This document shows positions 9,694 to 17,552 of a DNA stretch of 64,000 nt, piece by piece. How positions within the stretch are numbered: the stretch's first letter is position 1; every line of letters begins with the position of its first letter. A program made the position numbers and the translations under genes. The stretch lies in IMG/VR virus record IMGVR_UViG_3300046758_000611, positions 1-64,000 of that record; one strand, written 5' to 3'. The notes under the pieces are model-generated. The model saw only the letters and a program-made list of their open reading frames with translations. It was not told the DNA's origin and did not search any database. Source of the DNA: a virus.

Positions 9694-10449
9694 TTAACTT
9701 TTTTTGATCAATCTTTTCTTAGAAAGTTTAACTGCGTTTGGATTTATATCACAACCAATGTAATTGCGATTCAAAGACTTTGCTACTTCAAATGTCGTTC
9801 CACTTCCACAGTAAAAATCACCGACTAAGTCACCTTCATTGCTACTTGCTTTAATAATTCTTTCTAAAATCTTAGGATGTTTTTCACTATAATAATCAGT
9901 TGCTTTTTTAACTTTTAAACCAGATGGAATATCATCCCAAACATTTGTAGGTATCGTTCCAACTTTTAGTTTTTCTTCTGTAATATTCGGTCTATCTTGT
10001 TTTTTACTGATTACTGATTTATATGGAACTCTGATGGACATATCATTAAAAACAAAATCATCAGACTTTGTGTATACGATTATATAATCATGCTTTTTTG
10101 CAAATTCTTTTTTTCCTCGTCCACCTATATTAAATTTTACGACAATTTGATTTCTGAAATTTTCATATCCAAACACACTATCCATTAGAATTCGTATCCA
10201 ATGTACAATTCGTAAATCCATTTGTAAATAAATTGTACCGGTGTCAGACAATATACGTTTCATTTCATGCAAACGAGGAATATAATGATTGTTTATTTCG
10301 TTTTTATTTGGTTTTAAATCTGTGTAATCCTTAAATTTTTTACCAGTTCCATATAAAATATCACAATAAATTAAGTTTACACATTCAGAATCCAATTTAT
10401 TTAGAAGTGTTAAGTTATCGCAAGTATGAACTTCGTTTTCTATTTTCAC
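9694..10449 (-). CDS. DNA amino-methyltransferase (N6A/N4C, beta class), orphan
   Basis: Motif IV-like YCDILY near the N-terminus, HDYIIVY, NVWDDI, KHPKILERII, motif I DFYCGSGT near the C-terminus; no cognate endonuclease nearby. Confidence 0.85.
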   Translation of the reverse strand: MKIENEVHTCDNLTLLNKLDSECVNLIYCDILYGTGKKFKDYTDLKPNKNEINNHYIPRLHEMKRILSDTGTIYLQMDLRIVHWIRILMDSVFGYENFRNQIVVKFNIGGRGKKEFAKKHDYIIVYTKSDDFVFNDMSIRVPYKSVISKKQDRPNITEEKLKVGTIPTNVWDDIPSGLKVKKATDYYSEKHPKILERIIKASSNEGDLVGDFYCGSGTTFEVAKSLNRNYIGCDINPNAVKLSKKRLIKKS

Positions 10450-10452
10450 TTA

Positions 10453-12018
10453 TCAAAGTTTACCACCTTCGTATCTTTTAAGTTCTCCATTGTTAAATCT
10501 ATACCTAACTTCAATTTCAATGGTTTCTTTTTCGGCACCGTATCCTTCTTCTACAAGATCATATGTTAAAAGATTAATTGGTTTTTTGATAATTTCGTGT
10601 AAGTATGCCATTGTACCAGTTGCATATTTTATATCAAGTGGTCTGCCTTCAAAGTCATGTCTAAGTAATATTTCAGTATTTTTATATTTCATATTCTCCA
10701 TGTAAATAACAGGTCTTCCCATATTAACATGACGATTTACAAGTTTTTTCTTGATTGCCTTATAATCTTTGCTTACGACAACATACTTGTTTGTAGACTT
10801 ATCAAGTGCATATTCAAAATACTCATTTTTTTCACAAAACTCTTTTGTAAAAAATTCATTTAAAAAAGTTACATCGTTATAGTTTTCACGAACTTCATAG
10901 ATTTTTTCACGACCCAAATTAAGATTCTTATTCCAATATCTTTTTTCATCTCCATTGTCGCAATTTTCGTATTCCTTACCAAACTTTCCTTTATTCCAAC
11001 GATCTTCAATATCTCGCAACAAAGAATTACCAAGTTTATATGGATTATTCATGTTATATTTTCCACCTAAAACACCAGCATGATGTTTTGCATACGCAAA
11101 GATTCCTTCATCTCCTGCAAAATTACAAGTCGCCATAATATATGAATCCCAATAACTTGCCCAACCTTCATTTAGAACCTTTGTCATTCCTTGTGGACGA
11201 TAGTAAATAGATTCATCACGAATCATACTAAGAATATTTTGTTGCCAAGGTTCTAAACGACAATGGTTAATAATCATAAGCATAATATCACGTTCAGGAC
11301 GCAAGGGAAATTTATTTTCTGCTAATTTTTTTCTTTCTTCACGTTCACTTCTTTGCTTTTCAATATAATGCGTGGGATTAACATACTTTTGCATATACTC
11401 TTTAGTATCTAATCTTGTAACGTGTTCACGTGGTTGACGATCTTCAAAGTTAAATTTTGTTGCTTTCTTTAGATTACTTTCACGATAACAAAGTGAAGGA
11501 TCAATTAGATCGTCAATTGCCAAGGCCGCATTCAAAAAGTCTTTTACTTTTTTACGTCCAAAACGATCCATATACATACGAATTTTATCACTATGATTTG
11601 CCATAACATTCATCATATTACGATTAGTATGCTTGAACATAATGTTGTTCTTAAAGAAATCACTATGTGCAGTTGCGTGTGCAACAACAGTCAAATTATC
11701 AACAATAGGATTATTTCTTTGTAGGTACATATAAGTCGGATCGGTATTTACCACCATTTCATAAATCTTACCCATACCTGAATGATATTGATGATGAAGT
11801 TGTTCAAATTGTTGTCCAAAATTAAAATGTGGGTAACGAACAGGAAACCCACCATAGGCCGCAATTTCAACTATTTCATCCGCATCAAATTCTTCAATAC
11901 ATAAAGGGTATGGATCAAGTCCATTATCATAACAGGCCTTTAGTACATCAGGTATAAGTTTTGCAAGTTCTTTGCAAACTCCATATTGTAATTTATCACT
12001 TTCCCATGCAATTCCCAT
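10453..12018 (-). CDS. spoVR: SpoVR/YcgB family protein
   Basis: GFPVRYPHFNFG, IYEMVVNTDP, AHATAHSDFFKNN, TKVLNEGWASYW, NPYKLG, YNDVTFL. Confidence 0.93.
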   Translation of the reverse strand: MGIAWESDKLQYGVCKELAKLIPDVLKACYDNGLDPYPLCIEEFDADEIVEIAAYGGFPVRYPHFNFGQQFEQLHHQYHSGMGKIYEMVVNTDPTYMYLQRNNPIVDNLTVVAHATAHSDFFKNNIMFKHTNRNMMNVMANHSDKIRMYMDRFGRKKVKDFLNAALAIDDLIDPSLCYRESNLKKATKFNFEDRQPREHVTRLDTKEYMQKYVNPTHYIEKQRSEREERKKLAENKFPLRPERDIMLMIINHCRLEPWQQNILSMIRDESIYYRPQGMTKVLNEGWASYWDSYIMATCNFAGDEGIFAYAKHHAGVLGGKYNMNNPYKLGNSLLRDIEDRWNKGKFGKEYENCDNGDEKRYWNKNLNLGREKIYEVRENYNDVTFLNEFFTKEFCEKNEYFEYALDKSTNKYVVVSKDYKAIKKKLVNRHVNMGRPVIYMENMKYKNTEILLRHDFEGRPLDIKYATGTMAYLHEIIKKPINLLTYDLVEEGYGAEKETIEIEVRYRFNNGELKRYEGGKL

Positions 12019-12022
12019 AATT

Positions 12023-13177
12023 TTAAAAAGGTACTTCCTCTTCGGCAGGAGTTAATAATTTTTTAAGTGACTTTAATACATCACTTCTGTCATCCAACGA
12101 TGTGGTTACAATGGTTTTGGGATCAAGTTCACCACTTGATAATTTAGATTGAATGTGTGGTAAAAATGTTGCCCAACTTCTGATTGCTTTTACTTCTGTA
12201 ATTCCGATTAAATTAGAATACTTTTGCATCTTTTTAAGATAATCAACACACACTTCATTGTCTGAACCAAAATTTTCTCCATCACTTAAATAAAATACAT
12301 AAATATTCCACTCATCGAGAGGAAATGCCTTTTCAACAATGTCATCAACTAAGTGAAACGCACTACTAATTTGAGTTCCTCCTCCACTTTTGTATTTGTA
12401 AAACTTTTCTTGGTCTACTTCTTGAGCATGATGATCATGTACAATATATTTTACCTGAGTTTCTTGGTAAAATCGTTGCACCCAGTTATCTAAATACCAA
12501 CACAATTCACGAACAATTTCTCGTTTTTCTTCATCCATACTTGCAGAGATATCAGATACAAAAAATATTACAGCATTTGTATCAGGGTTTTCGACCGAAC
12601 TCCAACTTCTAAATTCTTTATCGTCTTTAACTGGATAAAAGTTAGATAAATCCTCAGGATCATATTCACTTGAGGAAATAAGTCGTTTGAAAGCATTTTT
12701 TAATGTTTTTCGTTTATGAAGTAAACTATTATTTCCTACTTTTGCGATACGATTCCATTTAATTTTTTCTTTAACCATCTCACCATTTTCTTTTGGAAGA
12801 AGATTGGGAAGTTGCAGTTCTTCTCCTATCATATCAAAGTAAGCATCCATACTAATTCCAACATCAATTTCGTGGCCATCACCTTCACCTTCACCACCAT
12901 CACCTGGTTGACCACCCTGCCCTTGACCTTGGGGTGGTCCTTCTCCTACTTCGTCACCTACGTCTGCCTGTCCGTTTCCAATGCCACTTCCATCGGATGG
13001 TTGCCCATAACGAAAACTCGGAAGTTCTACATGAGGAACTTTTACGACAACAAAGTCTTTTCCACGACGAGTGATTCTCTGTCCTGATTTAATATGATTT
13101 TTAAGTTTATCGGATACGTTTCCTTTAACGATATCACGATACTCTTTATGATCTTCTCTGATTCTGCGAGATGGCAT
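12023..13177 (-). CDS. yeaH: YeaH/YhbH (DUF444) family vWA-domain protein
   Basis: Gly-rich linker, ELQLPNL, MIDAS-like DISASM, SGGGTQISSA, WNIYVFYLSDGEN; lies between prkA and spoVR. Confidence 0.9.
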   Translation of the reverse strand: MPSRRIREDHKEYRDIVKGNVSDKLKNHIKSGQRITRRGKDFVVVKVPHVELPSFRYGQPSDGSGIGNGQADVGDEVGEGPPQGQGQGGQPGDGGEGEGDGHEIDVGISMDAYFDMIGEELQLPNLLPKENGEMVKEKIKWNRIAKVGNNSLLHKRKTLKNAFKRLISSSEYDPEDLSNFYPVKDDKEFRSWSSVENPDTNAVIFFVSDISASMDEEKREIVRELCWYLDNWVQRFYQETQVKYIVHDHHAQEVDQEKFYKYKSGGGTQISSAFHLVDDIVEKAFPLDEWNIYVFYLSDGENFGSDNEVCVDYLKKMQKYSNLIGITEVKAIRSWATFLPHIQSKLSSGELDPKTIVTTSLDDRSDVLKSLKKLLTPAEEEVPF

Positions 13178-13209
13178 ATAGAATTATCCGTTGATTATTA
13201 TTATTAATA

Positions 13210-15312
13210 TTAATCTTCGTCTTCGTCTGCGTCACCTCTTGCGAAAATACTACCTACATAAGTAAGAACATCCGAAGCACTATCTTCATCGTATCCAAAA
13301 GATGTAATAAGACGTTGCTTCAACGCATCAATTTTTTCAAGAAGTTCTTTGTCAACTACAGTTGCAGTATCTTGAGCAAGAGCAGATAACTTGATGCTAT
13401 CTTTGGTATCTTCAAACAACTTCTTTTCAAGTGCTTTGTATAACTGCTCATTAGAGTCGTATTTAAACTCTTTACCTTTGGCGGCAAGTCCACCCATGTA
13501 GTTCATAATTTCTCTACGAAAATCGTCTTTCATTCCCTCAGAAATTCCTATTTTTTCTTCTATACTACGCATAAGTTGTTCATTTGCAGTTTCTTCTTTT
13601 CCAGTTACAGGGTTTGTAACTTTCTCGTCCTGAATATAAGCAACAATATTATCAATATAGTTTGTGCAAGTTGCTTTTATTGCTTCTTCACTGCTACTAA
13701 GTGCCTGTTGCACTTCTCTTTTCACAATTCTGTCATATTCTTTTTCAACCATTTCAAGTCTTTCCATCATGTTCTTTTTATCATCTTCTGATGAAAACCC
13801 ACTATGACTTTTCAACCCTTCACGGATTTGTGCAAATAACATAAATGGATTTAAACTCTTAGCACCCATTCTTGGATTAACAATTGCATTGGAAAACTGA
13901 TTTTGAATGAAACGTGCTGACACCCCACCATATAATCCTTCTTTTGGAGATTCTTCTTGCATTTCTTTTACGTGTTCATCCGTAAAACCATGCACACTTT
14001 GACCATTGTAAAGTTTTGCCTTCTGAATAATACTCATATCTTGCTTTGTGCTTTCTTCTAAACGACTTACAACTGCAAATAAAGCAGCCAAATATGTTGT
14101 ATGTGGTGCAATGTGTTTGTTTACAGTACTTTTGTTATAGAAGTGATCATAAATCTTCTTTTCTTCGTCAATCTTGAGAAGGTACGGAATATCAATTTTA
14201 ATTGTTCTGTCACGAAGTGCTTCCATGAATTTGTTGTTGGTTAATTTTTCAAATTCAGCATTATTTGTATGACCAAGAATAACTTCATCAATCGGTACTT
14301 GATTGAAACGACGTGGTTTAACACGGTGTTCTTGGGTTGCCCCAAGTAAATCATATAAGAACTCAGTTTGAAGTTTAAGAATTTCTTGGAACTCAATCAA
14401 ACCACGATTTGATACGAGAAATTCTCCATCAAAATCAAATGCACGGGGATCACTTTCACTTCCGTATTCTGCTAACTTACGATAATTAATATCACCGGTA
14501 AGTTCGGTTGCATCTTGTGACTTTTCGTCTTTCGGTTGAAAAGTTCCTATACCGATGCGGTTTTTTTCTGACAATGCAACTCGTCTGACTACAATATGAT
14601 CTAGTACTTTGCGATAGTCTCCACCATGCAATTCCATTAATTGGTTATAGTAAAATTCATTTACCGGGTTTAATGCTCCATCTAATTTGATTCGATAGTC
14701 ATCTTTGTCAAGAGTTGAATTAATTTTAGAAATAATAGATTCTTTAATGTCTTCTGGTAAGAGTTTCAATGGCTCTTCGTTCATTGGACACGGAACGAGT
14801 TTTTCATTTCCACTTTCATCGGTAAGTTTCCAACTAAATGAATATAATGCACCTTCATTAGTTCGTGTGTATGCCTCAAGACCTTTTTTCAGTGCAGTAA
14901 CAATTGTAGACTTACTACTTCCAACAGGGCCGTGGAGTAATATAACACGTCGTTCTGGTCCGTAATGTCTACTTGCACTTTTAAGTATGTCCATAAACTC
15001 CATTAGATTTTCCTCAAGTCCATAAATTGAGATGTCACCGAGTCCTTCAAAGAATTTGTATCTTACATATGTTCGTTTGCAATAAGTTGTCTCGTTAGTT
15101 CCATGAGACATTACCATGTCGTATAATCTTTGATATGAATTTCTTGCGATGGTAGGTTTTTCTTCCACCATATTGATGTAATCCCAAAACGAACCTGTCC
15201 AATTTAACGATTCGTATGATTGAATTGCGTCATTGTTTTCAGACTTAATTAAAGATTCAAGACTACTTTTTGAATCTTTCTTTTTTTCTTCATATCTTTT
15301 TTTATTTTCCAT
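13210..15312 (-). CDS. prkA: PrkA/YeaG family AAA+ protein (serine protein kinase family)
   Basis: LHGPVGSSKST, CPMNEEPL, GIGTFQPKDEKSQD, SDPRAFDFDGE, NRGLIEFQE, EALRDR; likely start MENKK at 15312 (ORF track extends to 15360). Confidence 0.95.
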   Translation of the reverse strand: MENKKRYEEKKKDSKSSLESLIKSENNDAIQSYESLNWTGSFWDYINMVEEKPTIARNSYQRLYDMVMSHGTNETTYCKRTYVRYKFFEGLGDISIYGLEENLMEFMDILKSASRHYGPERRVILLHGPVGSSKSTIVTALKKGLEAYTRTNEGALYSFSWKLTDESGNEKLVPCPMNEEPLKLLPEDIKESIISKINSTLDKDDYRIKLDGALNPVNEFYYNQLMELHGGDYRKVLDHIVVRRVALSEKNRIGIGTFQPKDEKSQDATELTGDINYRKLAEYGSESDPRAFDFDGEFLVSNRGLIEFQEILKLQTEFLYDLLGATQEHRVKPRRFNQVPIDEVILGHTNNAEFEKLTNNKFMEALRDRTIKIDIPYLLKIDEEKKIYDHFYNKSTVNKHIAPHTTYLAALFAVVSRLEESTKQDMSIIQKAKLYNGQSVHGFTDEHVKEMQEESPKEGLYGGVSARFIQNQFSNAIVNPRMGAKSLNPFMLFAQIREGLKSHSGFSSEDDKKNMMERLEMVEKEYDRIVKREVQQALSSSEEAIKATCTNYIDNIVAYIQDEKVTNPVTGKEETANEQLMRSIEEKIGISEGMKDDFRREIMNYMGGLAAKGKEFKYDSNEQLYKALEKKLFEDTKDSIKLSALAQDTATVVDKELLEKIDALKQRLITSFGYDEDSASDVLTYVGSIFARGDADEDED

Positions 15313-15319
15313 AACCATT

Positions 15320-15348
15320 ACCTTATATTTTTTTTGTGAGTGAGTCAA
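15320..15348 (-). promoter_or_regulatory. Possible sigma70-like promoter of the prkA operon
   Basis: TTGACT-17 nt-TAAGGT, just upstream of ATG 15312. Confidence 0.4.
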
Positions 15349-15356
15349 ATGTTTTA

Positions 15357-15755
15357 TCAAATATTTTGAATTTTAAACAATTTTGTATCAATTTTTCTAA
15401 TGTCACCCGTAGGTGAAGTTAATAATATACAATTTTCATAATTGTTCCAATTAATTTGGAATTTCAAATCAAGAAGACCGTTATTTAAATGTTTAATTAG
15501 CATATTCAGTGAATTTATTGTGTATATAGTGTTTGAATCTTTTTTTCTATGAACACTTATAGTATTACTAAAGAAGTTACTTTTATTTAGTAAAGCAGAA
15601 TTTATATTGTATGTCAAATAAATCTCATTTAAATCATCGACATTCTGCAAAGCATACACTTTTCCGAATAAAATATCATAAAAACTCGAAACCTGCTTGA
15701 TAATTTCATTATAGTTCTGAATATCTGTAAATGTACAAAGTAGTTGAGTTTTCAT
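15357..15755 (-). CDS. Hypothetical phage protein
   Basis: Likely start MKTQLLCTF at 15755; HRKKDSNTIYTINSLN segment; directly downstream of the polymerase gene. Confidence 0.65.
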   Translation of the reverse strand: MKTQLLCTFTDIQNYNEIIKQVSSFYDILFGKVYALQNVDDLNEIYLTYNINSALLNKSNFFSNTISVHRKKDSNTIYTINSLNMLIKHLNNGLLDLKFQINWNNYENCILLTSPTGDIRKIDTKLFKIQNI

Positions 15756-15807
15756 TAATAATAACCTTTTTATTTTGTTAGTTATCCATAAATATATATT
15801 AGAAAAC

Positions 15808-17079
15808 TCAAACATGGATTTCTGCTAAATCTCCATAACTTCCTCCAGCATATAGTTTTAAAGGAAACTGGTCATCTGGATTCATAATTTTTATTATATC
15901 CTTAATCGAATTAAACTCACATTTATGCAAATCAAACAAAAAAGCATCGTATGTATACAACGATAAATTTATTTGTTTTCCATTAATAAATTGTAAAATA
16001 TTTTTCAAAACCTTGCAATTTCTTTCAGTTTCTGCTGATTGTAGTAAATAATTAAAAACTTTATATGGGTTTGGTTTATCTTCAAATACATCAGAATATA
16101 TTCTCCTTTTATATATCCAAGTTTCTACAAAATTATTTTTTTGATAGAAATCTTTAACTTCCATGATATAGTCGTGTATTGATTTCATAAATGGAACATT
16201 ATCAATTATATCTTGGGTTATTCCACCGTACATTAAATTAAATGTAATCTTCTTGGAAAGATCATACTCTTCTTCTGTTAATTCGTCTTTCCCGTGATAC
16301 AGTTTACCTAGATATGTGTGTAAAGATTCGTTGGGTAAATTATATCCTACATGATTGGCAAATAATCTCAAATGATAACTTTCATAATCAATCATTGCCA
16401 TAGCACCGTCATCTCCGTATCTACTTACATAATCGTTTCGTTCTCCTTCCTTTTTATTTAATGCAAGAAAATTTATATTGTTATATCGATTACTTGGTCT
16501 TGATGTTGGTGTGAATAAATTATATTGAGTGCTAAGTAATCTATTATTCTTTTCGGAAAATATTTTACTTTTTTCCAGTTCACATAATACTTCACTTAAA
16601 TCATTTATAAATTTGTCGGTTGGTGATTCGTATGTGTTTAGTGCATTTTTAATACTTTCGAAGGTATCGTTGAACTTTTTTAAAATCATCATTATAGGAA
16701 TTGATTTATTACTTTTACATCTCGGTAAATCAATTTGAATTTTACTTTTATTTCTATAATAAACATGAAGAGATATATCAACTGAGTTTTCAAAACTTAC
16801 AATATGATTTGTATCCTTTTTATTTACTATTATTTTTCTACAAGAAGATTTTGCAATTTTATCAAGCACTCGTGTATCAATATTCACAACATCAGGATGT
16901 GAAAAGGATACTGCAAATGTATCATTATTATCTATATTTTTAATTAATAAAACTAATGGTTTTACTTCAATTGGGTGAGTTTCCTGTTCTTCTACGAATA
17001 AGTGAAAAAAAAATTGTTCTGTACTATCAAGTTTACTAAGTAAATGTTTGAATTCGGATATTGTTTCAACAAAATGCAT
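15808..17079 (-). CDS. Compact family A DNA polymerase
   Basis: TSRPS (TGRLS-like), motif A IDYESYHLR, motif B KKITFNLMYG, NYLLQSAE, motif C YTYDAFLFD; likely start MHFVE at 17079. Confidence 0.8.
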   Translation of the reverse strand: MHFVETISEFKHLLSKLDSTEQFFFHLFVEEQETHPIEVKPLVLLIKNIDNNDTFAVSFSHPDVVNIDTRVLDKIAKSSCRKIIVNKKDTNHIVSFENSVDISLHVYYRNKSKIQIDLPRCKSNKSIPIMMILKKFNDTFESIKNALNTYESPTDKFINDLSEVLCELEKSKIFSEKNNRLLSTQYNLFTPTSRPSNRYNNINFLALNKKEGERNDYVSRYGDDGAMAMIDYESYHLRLFANHVGYNLPNESLHTYLGKLYHGKDELTEEEYDLSKKITFNLMYGGITQDIIDNVPFMKSIHDYIMEVKDFYQKNNFVETWIYKRRIYSDVFEDKPNPYKVFNYLLQSAETERNCKVLKNILQFINGKQINLSLYTYDAFLFDLHKCEFNSIKDIIKIMNPDDQFPLKLYAGGSYGDLAEIHV

Positions 17080-17089
17080 TTCGTTTATC

Positions 17090-17118
17090 ATAATACGAAA
17101 TGATTTTTAACTTGTCAA
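17090..17118 (-). promoter_or_regulatory. sigma70-like promoter of the polymerase gene
   Basis: TTGACA-17 nt-TATTAT. Confidence 0.7.
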
Positions 17119-17552
17119 TATGAATTTTTATAAAATTGTGTGACAGATGGAATTTTATTTTTTATTCCACTAAATTTTTTTTCTGCGTTGTTCAGTACAA
17201 GTGTATTATGTTCAATTACTCCCAATTCATTTTTGATATTTCCAGTAGATATAGAATTTAAGTCTCCTGCTATTTTCCAATCAAATTGTATAATTTCAAA
17301 AAAATTCGAGTTTTTAAATCCATTGTATTGATTTATACCAACCTCAACAATTCTATACCGTGGGTCACTTGATTTTTTTATAAAATATCTTGTTATAAAT
17401 TTATTTAAATAATCATCTTTTGTGATTTCTATAATTTCTTCCTCAGGAAATTCCGAAAGATCCCGCAAATTCATTCGTGTTTGTGATACGAGTAATTGCG
17501 AATAAAACGAGTTCAATTCTTCGTTTTCTGTGATATTTTTATTACTTTTCAT
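17115..17552 (-). CDS. Hypothetical protein (end of baseplate operon)
   Basis: 145-aa ORF overlapping the stop of the upstream gene. Confidence 0.6.
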   Translation of the reverse strand: MKSNKNITENEELNSFYSQLLVSQTRMNLRDLSEFPEEEIIEITKDDYLNKFITRYFIKKSSDPRYRIVEVGINQYNGFKNSNFFEIIQFDWKIAGDLNSISTGNIKNELGVIEHNTLVLNNAEKKFSGIKNKIPSVTQFYKNSY

